DNA of 64,000 bases. Origin: Candidatus Omnitrophota bacterium (GTDB lineage Bacteria > Omnitrophota > Gorgyraeia > Gygaellales > UBA12090). Below, one piece after another: positions 10,622 to 19,977 of the stretch. The number at the start of each line of letters is the position of its first letter. The first letter of the stretch is position 1. The notes below the pieces were generated by a model that was not told the origin of the DNA, did no database searches, and saw nothing but the letters and a program-made list of their open reading frames with translations. Both the position numbers and the translations under genes were made by a program. The stretch is taken from positions 2,628 through 66,627 of the forward strand of contig JAUSCZ010000022.1 in assembly GCA_030674475.1 (NCBI GenBank), in the 5' to 3' direction.

Positions 10622-11133
10622 GGCGTATCCTTGTCTTTTGGTTCGCTGTTCTCTAACTTTTTAATTATATCCCGGACGCGCGCCGCCTCTTCAAAGTCCT
10701 CGATAGAAACAGCTTTTTGTAATTTTACCTTTAGTTCTTCAATATCGGATTTTGTCTTCAGAGGTTTGGCTAAAACCAGGGGCATCTTTCCGTAATGTTT
10801 ATTTGAGCCGTGGATGCGCTTAAGCAGGGGCAGAAGATATTTGCGGAAAGAATTATAACATTCGCTGCAGCCCAGACGGCCTACTTTCTTAAAATCCGCG
10901 TAGGTCAGCCCGCAGTTGGAACACTTGATTTTCAGGCTTTCCTTGGTTTCAATCGCCCCTTTCCCTAAATCCGAGAGCCCGGCCAACAGGTCAGCCAAAC
11001 CAAACTGCTGTTCCATCTCGCTGGATTTATTCTTGGCGCATTCCTCGCAAAGATGAAGCTCAGTCATCTGCTCATCTACAATTTCAGTCAGGTGCACTGT
11101 CGCGGGGTTGGCCGCGCATACATCGCATAGCAT
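10618..11133 (-). CDS. mcsA: McsA zinc-finger/UVR activator of McsB
   Basis: CDVC, CEEC, CSNC, GRLGCSECY; C-terminal UVR motif EDFEEAARVRD. Confidence 0.93.
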   Translation of the reverse strand: MLCDVCAANPATVHLTEIVDEQMTELHLCEECAKNKSSEMEQQFGLADLLAGLSDLGKGAIETKESLKIKCSNCGLTYADFKKVGRLGCSECYNSFRKYLLPLLKRIHGSNKHYGKMPLVLAKPLKTKSDIEELKVKLQKAVSIEDFEEAARVRDIIKKLENSEPKDKDTP

Positions 11134-11171
11134 ATTTTCTCCTAATCTTTGACTCCCTTTAGCATATTAAC

Positions 11172-11287
11172 TCAAAAGTAAAAAGGAAAAAGTCAAAACC
11201 ACAAGTTAAAATTTAAAAGTAAAAAAATATATCATAAGAGCTAAGTTTTAACTTTTTAATTTTGCCTTTTTACTTTTGAGTTTTTAT
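11172..11287. repeat. Inverted heptamer array after ilvE stop
   Basis: CTCAAAAGTAAAAAGG...CCTTTTTACTTTTGAG terminal inverted match; same family as 9435-9571. Confidence 0.7.
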
Positions 11288-12160
11288 TTAATATTTGACT
11301 CCCTCTTTCTTGGTAACTTTATGGAATTCTTCTCTTAGTTTTAGGGTCATCTTCCCGGGCTTGCTATCTCCGATTTTCCGGCCGTCCACGCAGACCACCG
11401 GAATAATTTCAGCCGCGGTCCCGGTCAAGAAACATTCATCCGAAATATACACCTCGTGCCGGGTTATGACGTGTTCATGAACAGAAATCCCTTTTTTTGA
11501 GGCTATTTCCAGGATAGTGTCCCGGGTTATCCCGCGCAGGGTCCCCATACACTGGGGCGGGGTGTAAAGTTCATTTTTCTTAACGATAAAAATGTTATCT
11601 CCGGTGCATTCAGCCACATACCCCAGGGAATCCAGCATAATCGCTTCTTCATATCCGCAGTTGATGGCCTCAATTTTAGCCAAGATGTTGTTCAGGTAAT
11701 TCAGGGATTTGATTTGAGGGTTAAGGGCCTCGGGAAGATTGCGAACAGTCGCAACCGTGATGATTTTTAGCCCCTCCTGGTATAGTTTTTCCGGATAAAG
11801 GGCAATCTTATCGGTAATGATCACGATAGTGGCGTTGCCGTTACATTTACGGGGGTCAAGTCCCAGGTCGCCCTCACCCCGGGAAACAATCAGGCGGATA
11901 TAGGCGTCATCTAACTTATTTATTTTGAGGGTATCACAGACCGCCTTAGTCAGATTTTCTTTACTCGTAGGTATCTTTAGGCAGATGCTCTGGGCCGACT
12001 CGTATAATCTTTCAATATGCTCTTTTAACTTAAAGACCACCCGGCCGTAAGACCGTATTCCTTCAAAAACCCCGTCTCCGTAAAGGAAGCCGTGGTCAAA
12101 GACCGAAACCTTGGCATCTTTTTTTTCGTAGAATTTTCCGTTAATGTAAACTTTCATCAT
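11288..12160 (-). CDS. ilvE: Branched-chain amino acid aminotransferase
   Basis: YGDGVFEGIR, KSLNYLNN, ECFLTGTAAEI class IV PLP motifs. Confidence 0.95.
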   Translation of the reverse strand: MMKVYINGKFYEKKDAKVSVFDHGFLYGDGVFEGIRSYGRVVFKLKEHIERLYESAQSICLKIPTSKENLTKAVCDTLKINKLDDAYIRLIVSRGEGDLGLDPRKCNGNATIVIITDKIALYPEKLYQEGLKIITVATVRNLPEALNPQIKSLNYLNNILAKIEAINCGYEEAIMLDSLGYVAECTGDNIFIVKKNELYTPPQCMGTLRGITRDTILEIASKKGISVHEHVITRHEVYISDECFLTGTAAEIIPVVCVDGRKIGDSKPGKMTLKLREEFHKVTKKEGVKY

Positions 12161-12172
12161 CTCTCCTATTTG

Positions 12173-12841
12173 TCAGCGCAGGTATCCATCTTTTATATTA
12201 TAAACCTTGGAAGCGAATTTTGCCATATCTAAATTATGAGTAACCATTATTATAGTCATCGCCTTCTCTTGATTGAGTTTTTTAAGCAGACGGCAGACCT
12301 CCTGGCCGTTTTCGGAGTCTAAATTCCCGGTTGGCTCATCACAGAGTAAAAGCTTAGGATCGTTAATCAAGGCCCGGGCAATGGCTGTCCTCTGCTGTTC
12401 TCCTCCGGAGAGCTGAGAAGGAAAATGCCCGGCTCTCTTTTCTAATCCAAAAGATTTTAACAGTCCCTCGGCCTTTTCTTTCTTCTCTTTGGCATCCCGG
12501 TTTTTGTGTATTAAGGCCGGTAGTAACACATTCTCCAGGACGGTAAATTCCGGCAGGAGATGATAAAACTGAAAGACGAATCCGATCAGACGATTGCGGA
12601 TTCCCGAGAGTTCCTTCTGGGGCAGTTCCCAGAGAGAATTACCCTCGAAGCTGACCTGGCCTTTTGAGGGTTCATCTAATCCTCCTAAGATATGCAGTAA
12701 GGTTGACTTTCCCGCTCCGGATGGCCCCAGTATGGCTACTATTTCTCCTTTGTCAATATTTAAGTCTATGCCCTTGAGGACATGAATATCTTCTTTGCCG
12801 TTTTTATAATACTTATGAATATCCCGGGCCTTAATCATCAC
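12173..12841 (-). CDS. lolD: Lipoprotein-releasing ABC ATPase LolD
   Basis: [33 protein letters not shown]; follows lolC/E-like permease. Confidence 0.88.
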   Translation of the reverse strand: MMIKARDIHKYYKNGKEDIHVLKGIDLNIDKGEIVAILGPSGAGKSTLLHILGGLDEPSKGQVSFEGNSLWELPQKELSGIRNRLIGFVFQFYHLLPEFTVLENVLLPALIHKNRDAKEKKEKAEGLLKSFGLEKRAGHFPSQLSGGEQQRTAIARALINDPKLLLCDEPTGNLDSENGQEVCRLLKKLNQEKAMTIIMVTHNLDMAKFASKVYNIKDGYLR

Positions 12842-14016
12842 TCGTAACGCAAGGCCTCAAGCGGATTCAGCTGTCCGGCTTTTCTCGCCGGATATATGGT
12901 TGAGACCAGGCTGATTAAAAAGGCCGCGATTATCACCATTCCCACATCCGGCCAGAATACCAGGCTTACCGGTAAGCGGTCTAAATAATAAATATCCGGA
13001 GGAAGTTTAACGAATTGATATTTTTTAAGCAGTAATGATAAAGTTATCCCGATACCGGAGCCCAGGATACAGCCGAATAGGCCGATAAACAGCCCCTCTA
13101 AGGTAAAAATAGCCCGGATTTTAGCGTTGGTCATTCCCACGGCCTTGAGTATGCCGATGTCTTTGGTTTTTTCGGTAACCATTACTACTAAGGTGCTGAT
13201 GATATTAAAGGCGGCCACCAGGATAATCAGGGTTAAAATTATAAACATAGTGATTTTCTCTAACTTTAAGGCGGCAAAAAAATTCTTGTTACGTTCAATC
13301 CAGGTTTTTATATTATAGGCCGGGCCGATGGTTTTCTGTATTTCAGCCTTGAGGGCGTCCGCCAAAAAAAGCTTGTCAACCTTAACGCTTATTCCGCTTA
13401 CGGAATTACTGAAGCCAAAGAAATCCTGAGCTTGGGCTAAGTCCATATAAATAATGTTGGTATCATAATCATACATCCCGGAATTAAACAATCCGCTGAT
13501 TTTGGCGGTTATCCGGCCTCCCTCGGGATTGATCAAAGTAAGCTCGTCTCCGGCTTCCAGTCCAAGGATGCCGCTTAACTCTTTGCCGATAAAAACACCC
13601 TTATTGAAATCCCGGGTTTTTTGGCCCAGGTATCTTTCAATGTCAGTTACCCGGGATTCCAGGTTCAGGTCAATCCCCCGCACCAATATCCCTCTATTTT
13701 GCTGTGGGGCTTCTAAGAAGACCTGATTCTGGATAAAAGGCGCGGATGCCGATATGTGCTCAAGCTTATTTATATCCTGGATAATCCTGGTATAATCGCT
13801 GATGGGAAAAGGGGCCTCAATCACAATATGGGAATAATTGCCGATGATTTTTTCCTTGAGGTCCTTATCAAACCCGGACATCACCGCCAGGACTATAATC
13901 AGCGCCGCCACCCCAATCGCCACCCCCAGTATGGAGATTACACTAATCAAAGATACAAAGCGCTCCTTGCGCTTAGTCCACAAATAACGCCAGGCTATCC
14001 AGAAAATCATCTTCAT
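12838..14016 (-). CDS. Lipoprotein-releasing ABC permease LolC/E family
   Basis: [43 protein letters not shown]; lysS-lolCE-lolD synteny. Confidence 0.9.
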   Translation of the reverse strand: MKMIFWIAWRYLWTKRKERFVSLISVISILGVAIGVAALIIVLAVMSGFDKDLKEKIIGNYSHIVIEAPFPISDYTRIIQDINKLEHISASAPFIQNQVFLEAPQQNRGILVRGIDLNLESRVTDIERYLGQKTRDFNKGVFIGKELSGILGLEAGDELTLINPEGGRITAKISGLFNSGMYDYDTNIIYMDLAQAQDFFGFSNSVSGISVKVDKLFLADALKAEIQKTIGPAYNIKTWIERNKNFFAALKLEKITMFIILTLIILVAAFNIISTLVVMVTEKTKDIGILKAVGMTNAKIRAIFTLEGLFIGLFGCILGSGIGITLSLLLKKYQFVKLPPDIYYLDRLPVSLVFWPDVGMVIIAAFLISLVSTIYPARKAGQLNPLEALRYE

Positions 14017-15461
14017 TATTGCGGTCTCAATAAAGGAAATAAAATCACATCCCGGATTGAAGACTGGTTAGTTAAGATCATCACCAGCCGGTCTATGCCG
14101 ATGCCTAAGCCTCCGGCAGGCGGCATTCCGTATTCCAAGGCAGTGATAAAATCTTCATCCAGCATCCTTAAGCTGTTGGCCTCGGTTCCGGCTTCGCTTA
14201 TTTCTTCTTCTAGCCTTTTTCTCTGCTCTAGGGGATTGTTTAACTCGGAATAGGCATTGGCCACCTCCATCCCGGCGATAAAAAGCTCAAACCTTTCGGA
14301 GATAAAAGGATTATCCGGCTTATTTTTAGCCAGAGGGCAGAGGATGGAAAAATAATCGGTAAAAAATGTGGGCGAGAAATCCCGCTCTTCCTGGATGGCT
14401 TCCTCGACTATTTTTACTATCTGGGAGCGGGAGAGCCTTTTTTCTTCTTTGGCTTTGCCTTTTTTTTGCAGTTTTTCCAGCATTACTTCGGCTGAATCTT
14501 CAGGCGCGATGTCAAATCTATCTTTTACCATCTGGGCGAAAGAACAACGTTTCCAGGGAGGAGTGATATCTATGGTCTTTCCCTGATATTCAAACTTGAG
14601 TCCACAACCCGATGCCCTGGCCGCTTCCACCACTATTTCTTCCACCAAAGACATCATCCCTTCGCAGCTGCTGTAGGCGGCATAGACCTCAAGCATAGTG
14701 AATTCCGGGTTGTGCCGGGTAGAGACCCCTTCATTGCGGAAACTGCGGTTGATTTCATAGACCTTTTCAAAGCCGCCTACCAGAAGGCGCTTTAAATAGA
14801 GCTCCGGGGCAATCCTTAGGTATAGCTGGGCGTCATATTCATTGTGATGGGTCTTAAACGGCCGGCCGGCCGCCCCGCCGGGAATAGGATGCATCATCGG
14901 CGTTTCCACCTCTAAATAGCTTTTGGCGTCCAGATAGCCGCGGATAGCCGAGACGATTTTAGAGCGCTTGGTGAAGATTTCCCTGATTTCATAATTAGAA
15001 ATCAAATCCAGGTATCTCTGGCGGTAACGGATTTCCACATCCTTCAGGCCGTGCCACTTTTCCGGAAGCGGCCTTAAGGACTTAGCCGATAAAGATAAGT
15101 TTACGGCCTTAATAGTCGGCTCCTGGGTGCGGGTCATAAAAAGCTCACCCTCAATTACTATCAAGTCTCCGATGTCTAAGCTCTGGAATAACTCAAATCC
15201 GTCTTTACCTAAGGTATCCTCTTTAATATACACCTGGATTTTAGCGGCCTGATCCCTTAGATCAATAAAGATAACTTTGCCGTGTTCCCGCTTAGCCATC
15301 AGACGGCCGGAAACCACAATTAGCAAGCCTTCCTTAAAATCCGCCAAGGCCTTGGTTATGGGAGTAAGGTTATCTAATTTGCCCCCAAAAGGATTTATCC
15401 CTTTATCCTGCAAGGCCTTAAGTTTTGCCTGCCGGTCATTAATTATATTTTCTAGTTCCAT
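14016..15461 (-). CDS. lysS: Lysyl-tRNA synthetase (class II)
   Basis: LPEKWHGL, YRQRYLDL, YLRIAPELYLKRL, FRNEG, GIGIDRL. Confidence 0.97.
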   Translation of the reverse strand: MELENIINDRQAKLKALQDKGINPFGGKLDNLTPITKALADFKEGLLIVVSGRLMAKREHGKVIFIDLRDQAAKIQVYIKEDTLGKDGFELFQSLDIGDLIVIEGELFMTRTQEPTIKAVNLSLSAKSLRPLPEKWHGLKDVEIRYRQRYLDLISNYEIREIFTKRSKIVSAIRGYLDAKSYLEVETPMMHPIPGGAAGRPFKTHHNEYDAQLYLRIAPELYLKRLLVGGFEKVYEINRSFRNEGVSTRHNPEFTMLEVYAAYSSCEGMMSLVEEIVVEAARASGCGLKFEYQGKTIDITPPWKRCSFAQMVKDRFDIAPEDSAEVMLEKLQKKGKAKEEKRLSRSQIVKIVEEAIQEERDFSPTFFTDYFSILCPLAKNKPDNPFISERFELFIAGMEVANAYSELNNPLEQRKRLEEEISEAGTEANSLRMLDEDFITALEYGMPPAGGLGIGIDRLVMILTNQSSIRDVILFPLLRPQ

Positions 15462-15470
15462 AGATAAAGT

Positions 15471-15499
15471 ATTATAAAGGATAACTGTCCAACTGTCAA
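15471..15499 (-). promoter_or_regulatory. Consensus sigma70 promoter of lysS operon
   Basis: TTGACA (15499-15494), 17-nt spacer, TATAAT (15476-15471); only 9 nt upstream of the lysS ATG. Confidence 0.8.
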
Positions 15500-15502
15500 A
15501 TT

Positions 15503-15543
15503 AAAAACAAAACCCCGTCTATCTTTATTAAATAAACGGGGTA
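15503..15543 (-). terminator. Intrinsic terminator after the 992-aa gene
   Basis: Minus strand ACCCCGTTTAT...ATAGACGGGGT hairpin followed by TTTGTTTTT. Confidence 0.7.
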
Positions 15544-15583
15544 TTATTCTTAATTTTCCCTATTTTTTTCTTTTACGCTTTAT

Positions 15584-18562
15584 TTATGTTTCTATCCACT
15601 CCGCCATTACCAGGGCTTCTCTTAAGGCCGGGTCACTCTCCACTGCCAGGCTTTCTTCTAAGTTACAGATTTCCACTAAACTAACAATGATGCCTTCTCT
15701 GCGGGAATCAAACTCTCCCTTTTGATAGCAGGCTGAGAGATATTCCTTCAGCCTGTTACCTGAAGGCACTATCCCGGAGTTGACCATCCTTTGGATATCG
15801 GTTAATTCCTTATCTAAGTCCAAAGACTCTACCTCCGCCTTGCTCAACATCGGCAGGTTAAAATTCAGCCCCGAAAAACTTCCCATCGGCTTAGTCAGAA
15901 TATTCATCTGCCTAAAGTCAATACCGCCGGTTTTTGTAGGCGCGGTTGTTGCCAGGGCAGATGAAGTTTTATCTTCTGGAGCTGATAGGACTGATGGATT
16001 GGGATGACGATAAGGTGAATCAAAAATATCATTTTCTATGGCTGTGGCTGAATTTGTCAACACCAGATATATGTCTGGCATAGATTTCAGCAACGAGCCA
16101 TCTTTTCTTATTAAAACAGCGGTATCTGTTAACAGTTTATGAAGTGACGAATGGCCAAATAATCCCTGGATTTCATCTCTGGCTGTCTGGAGATATTCAG
16201 GAAGCTTACGGCCACCGTTTTCATAATTAGTAAATGCTTGTTCAATAAGTTTTTTGTATTGTTCTATTGATGAAGAAGTGATAGGATCGACGCCGGTATC
16301 AGCTGCGATAGTGGTATCTTTTGGAGTAATTTGTGGTTGCGCTGAGGGTGGCCGCTTATCTATAATTTGCTGAATTTTTGACAGCGCTGATAAGCTATCC
16401 TCAGGCACTGTGCCGAAAAGCATAAACTGTCGTATATCTTTCGCCAGATGTATAAATGCCCACCTCATCTCTGCATCCTGTAATTTATCCCCGGCCAGAG
16501 AGCTTAATTTATTTGCCGCGGAAATAAGGTCGTTACGGGTAAAATAGCCATCCATTTCTCTTTTTTCGAAAGGCTCAAGCAGCCCCTTCCTTTCATAGGT
16601 ACTCATAAATCTGTTTATTTCGCTTTCATATCTAACCATCTGTATCAGCCATTTTTGAATAGCATCCCATTTTGAAATATCGTCTTCAGTATTCATTGTT
16701 TTCTTTATCTTAGCCGCTATTATACTTAATCTGTAATAAGAGGGATTCCTGCCAATTTTCGGATACTCTTCCATAAATGGGAGCATCCGCGATTTTATTT
16801 CTTCTAAGCTCAGCGGGGAGGAGCCGGCGAAGATTTCTTTTTCGCCATTAAGAATATCCCTTATCTTCAGCGCGTTTTCCATGACTGTAAATATTAAGTC
16901 ACGAGCAGCCATGGTGTTCGTGTTAAAAATGTCTTCTATCCTTCCATAGATATGCTCAGCCGCGGGGATAACTTCATTCTTATCTAAAAATGCGGTTATT
17001 TGATTTCTAAAATCATAATTTTTCGTAAAAAAACTGGTTAATTCCTTACTATTTATTAAGCTACGCATCTCCTTTCCATACACCGCAAGAAGATCTTCCA
17101 ACTTATTCTTTAATATCTTTCTTATTTCCCCAAGATTAAATTCATCATTTTTCGTAAGATCTTTCAGAACAATTGCTATTGAACTAAGAAAATCTTTTTT
17201 TCCTTCAAAAACTAACGTGGCTTCAGCATTTCTAAATATATTAATTAATTTATCAAAATTTTTTACAGGCGCGTCGGACGAAAATAACATTTTTAATACT
17301 ATATACGCTTCGATATCTGTATTTTCAGTTGACACCAATTCAGTATCAGTATCCTCATTAGCGAAGAACGTAAATATAACATATTTTTTCATGGTAGTCA
17401 TATAATTCTTTAGAAAATCTTTACCTTTTTTAAATTTATTAAAAAATCTCCCCTCCAGCGGACTCCCTGACATAATATTTACTCCCCCGCTCATATACCT
17501 CCTGATTGCCTGTCCGGTAGGGGTGTAGATGGGTTCTGAGAGGTTGTACTCGCCTTCCTTGAATGATTTCTGATAGGTATTAAAGTAGGTAGTCTTATCC
17601 CAGGCTTGTTTTGAGGTGAGGTTGGTTAAGTTATGGGAGTTAATTAGCTTGAGGTAGTCTCCTTGAGCTTGGGGGCTACTCTTAAAGGTCTCCTTGAACC
17701 ATCGGGCTAAGATCAAGGAGAAGTAGACCTGCCTGAGATTAGCGTAGTCCTTGGAGGAGTTAACCTTCTGGGTGAGCTTAGGAAGAATCAATTCTCGGAT
17801 CAGCTGGGTAGAGTATTGGTTTAATTCTTTGAGTCTGGGATCAGTGAAAGAATATATCTGGTTACCGGTTACTGGTTTCTGGTTACTGTTTTTAAGATAG
17901 TCTTCTTCCAGCATCACCTTGAGATTAGCCTTGTAGATATAGGCTCCTGAGGCGTTATTGGCTGAATCAGCGGATTCTCTCAGGATAATCTCACCCGGGA
18001 CTATCCAGGGCCGGGTTAGGGTGGGGATAGTGATGTTTTCCGTGCCGAAGAGTTCTCCGGCTCTCTTATAGAGCTTATTCCAGTATTCCTTACCCTGGGG
18101 GGTTTGGGGTGAGGTGAATAAGGCGGTGTCTTGTTTAAGTTTAAGGTCAGCTTCTAACATTACCCTGCCTAAGTCTGTCTTAGCTAACTCATCATCTATT
18201 ATCTGGTCTTCAGAGTCCGGTCTTAAGTTTACCCAGAACTTATCATTAGGTAAGCTTAAGCCTATTTTAAAGTAGTCTAAGAGTATGCTAGCCTCTTGCT
18301 TAAGCACATCCACCCCTCCTGCACCTCGTAGGTGCAGGGAGGGTTCTTGGTAGTCTCCCTTGTCTAAGAGGATCTGGAAGTCATTGGTTTGAGGCTGATA
18401 GGAGAAGTATCTTAGGTTGATTGGGCGGAATCTATCCGAGACTGCGAGATTAGGGCCCTGGTTAAGATAGCCGGAGAGGTTAAGGGTAGCGGTGTAGGCA
18501 AAGACCGGCCGGGTAAAGAGCAAACTAAAGGATATGATTAAAGATATGGCTTTTTTGAACAT
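15584..18562 (-). CDS. Large secreted modular hypothetical protein (FWVNL/EADLKLK N-domain, variable middle, GGIDF C-domain)
   Basis: 992-aa ORF; signal peptide MFKK...PVFA; GAGGT SD; AT-rich central part. Confidence 0.85.
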   Translation of the reverse strand: MFKKAISLIISFSLLFTRPVFAYTATLNLSGYLNQGPNLAVSDRFRPINLRYFSYQPQTNDFQILLDKGDYQEPSLHLRGAGGVDVLKQEASILLDYFKIGLSLPNDKFWVNLRPDSEDQIIDDELAKTDLGRVMLEADLKLKQDTALFTSPQTPQGKEYWNKLYKRAGELFGTENITIPTLTRPWIVPGEIILRESADSANNASGAYIYKANLKVMLEEDYLKNSNQKPVTGNQIYSFTDPRLKELNQYSTQLIRELILPKLTQKVNSSKDYANLRQVYFSLILARWFKETFKSSPQAQGDYLKLINSHNLTNLTSKQAWDKTTYFNTYQKSFKEGEYNLSEPIYTPTGQAIRRYMSGGVNIMSGSPLEGRFFNKFKKGKDFLKNYMTTMKKYVIFTFFANEDTDTELVSTENTDIEAYIVLKMLFSSDAPVKNFDKLINIFRNAEATLVFEGKKDFLSSIAIVLKDLTKNDEFNLGEIRKILKNKLEDLLAVYGKEMRSLINSKELTSFFTKNYDFRNQITAFLDKNEVIPAAEHIYGRIEDIFNTNTMAARDLIFTVMENALKIRDILNGEKEIFAGSSPLSLEEIKSRMLPFMEEYPKIGRNPSYYRLSIIAAKIKKTMNTEDDISKWDAIQKWLIQMVRYESEINRFMSTYERKGLLEPFEKREMDGYFTRNDLISAANKLSSLAGDKLQDAEMRWAFIHLAKDIRQFMLFGTVPEDSLSALSKIQQIIDKRPPSAQPQITPKDTTIAADTGVDPITSSSIEQYKKLIEQAFTNYENGGRKLPEYLQTARDEIQGLFGHSSLHKLLTDTAVLIRKDGSLLKSMPDIYLVLTNSATAIENDIFDSPYRHPNPSVLSAPEDKTSSALATTAPTKTGGIDFRQMNILTKPMGSFSGLNFNLPMLSKAEVESLDLDKELTDIQRMVNSGIVPSGNRLKEYLSACYQKGEFDSRREGIIVSLVEICNLEESLAVESDPALREALVMAEWIET

Positions 18563-18588
18563 TTTTGGCCTACCTCATAATTTCCAAA

Positions 18589-18706
18589 TAAAAAACCGGA
18601 CAGACATCTTTCGTAGTCTATCCGGCTGAAATCTCTCCGCTCTTAGCGGAAGTTTCCCGTGGCTTGCCGCTTGAGTATCTCTTTACTCAAGCAGAAGCCG
18701 GACAAT
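18589..18706 (-). promoter_or_regulatory. Structured 5' leader with terminator/antiterminator (candidate riboswitch or attenuator)
   Basis: Terminator CCGGATAGAC/GTCTGTCCGG plus U-tract at 18589-18625; upstream TTGTCCGGCT can pair with AGCCGGATAG; two further hairpins. Confidence 0.65.
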
Positions 18707-18731
18707 AAGTTATTTTAAAAAGGTTAAATAA

Positions 18732-18759
18732 AGTATATAGCAAATATAGATTTTGTCAA
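18732..18759 (-). promoter_or_regulatory. sigma70-like promoter of the 992-aa gene
   Basis: TTGACA (18759-18754), 16-nt spacer, TATACT (18737-18732). Confidence 0.6.
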
Positions 18760-18780
18760 GTATTTTTTGAAAATTTTGGG

Positions 18781-19977
18781 TTATTTTTTGATCTCGATGG
18801 CGAAGTTTCTGCCGAATTCAAAGCATTGTTTGAGTTCGTCCGGGCTAGGGGCGTATTTTATATTTAGGGGCGGCAAGACCAGTTTTATTCCGGCCTCTTT
18901 AATTTCGGCCTCTAACTCTTTAACCGGCGCATCCTTACTCCAGCCGTAAGAGCCGAAGAAAGCGCCGATTTTGTTCAGGGGTTTGAGGCTTTTTAGCTCA
19001 GCCAGAAGCTTGGTTATGGTGGGCAGGATATGATTGTTAGCTACGGATGAGCCGATAAGCAGTCCTTTGGCATCCAGGAGTTCTTTCATAATATCGCTTA
19101 AGTCAGAGATGGGGACACGGTAAACTTCTGCCCTTGCTCCCTCTGCGGTAATTCCCTCTAAAATTGCTGTGGCCATTTTTTCGGTGGAAAACCACATTGT
19201 ATCATAAGCGATAATAACCTTTTCTTTTGATTCTCCTTTGGCCCATCTTAGGTAAGACTCAATCGCCTTATCCGGATATTTGCGCCAGTTCAACCCATGG
19301 CTGGTGAGTATCATTCTGATGGAGAGATTCAGCTTTTGGATTTCCTGAAGTTTTCTTAAAATGGTAGAGCTTAGGGGCATAAGGATATTGGCGTAGTATT
19401 TGGCGTTCTCATCCATAATCAGGCCAAAATCCACCTCATCATCAAAGCGCTCCTGGCTGGCATAGTGCTGGCCAAAGGCATCGTTAGAAAAAAGTATTTC
19501 TTCTTGTTCCAGATAAGTCCACATACTGTCCGGCCAGTGAATCATCGGAGTCTCAATAAAGCGCAGGGTGTTTTTACCCAATTTTAAGGTATCACCGGTT
19601 TTGACGATCTGAAAATCCCAATTGTTGGGATAGTATTTATCCAGGCCTTCTTTGGCCTTTTGGTTAGTAATAATCTTTATTTTAGGCAGAAGCTTCATCA
19701 GCTTAGGAATAGCCCCGGAGTGATCCGGCTCAATATGATTGCAGATAAAATAATCTATTTTTTTAAGGTCAATGACTTCGCTGATCCGCTCAATCCACTC
19801 CCCAGAGAAATTATGATGCACGCCGTCAATCAGGACGGTTTTTTCATCCCTAAGAAGATAAGAATTATAAGTGGTTCCGGTGCGGGTGGTATAGGTATAT
19901 CCGTGAAAAAAACGGATATCCCAATCAATAGCTCCCACCCAATACAGGTTATCTTGTATTTTACAGGGATTAAACAT
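18781..19977 (-). CDS. fprA: Flavodiiron protein (A-type flavoprotein)
   Basis: GTTYNSYL, NHIEPDHSG, HWPDSM, FSNDAFGQH; C-terminal flavodoxin FGSYGWS. Confidence 0.93.
   Translation of the reverse strand: MFNPCKIQDNLYWVGAIDWDIRFFHGYTYTTRTGTTYNSYLLRDEKTVLIDGVHHNFSGEWIERISEVIDLKKIDYFICNHIEPDHSGAIPKLMKLLPKIKIITNQKAKEGLDKYYPNNWDFQIVKTGDTLKLGKNTLRFIETPMIHWPDSMWTYLEQEEILFSNDAFGQHYASQERFDDEVDFGLIMDENAKYYANILMPLSSTILRKLQEIQKLNLSIRMILTSHGLNWRKYPDKAIESYLRWAKGESKEKVIIAYDTMWFSTEKMATAILEGITAEGARAEVYRVPISDLSDIMKELLDAKGLLIGSSVANNHILPTITKLLAELKSLKPLNKIGAFFGSYGWSKDAPVKELEAEIKEAGIKLVLPPLNIKYAPSPDELKQCFEFGRNFAIEIKK

Noticed and set aside
18589-18706. Assignment of the leader as a canonical c-di-GMP-I riboswitch
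   Set aside because: Lacks the GGCAAAC/GAAA-tetraloop P2 and GACGCAAAG junction; resemblance only partial, so left unclassified
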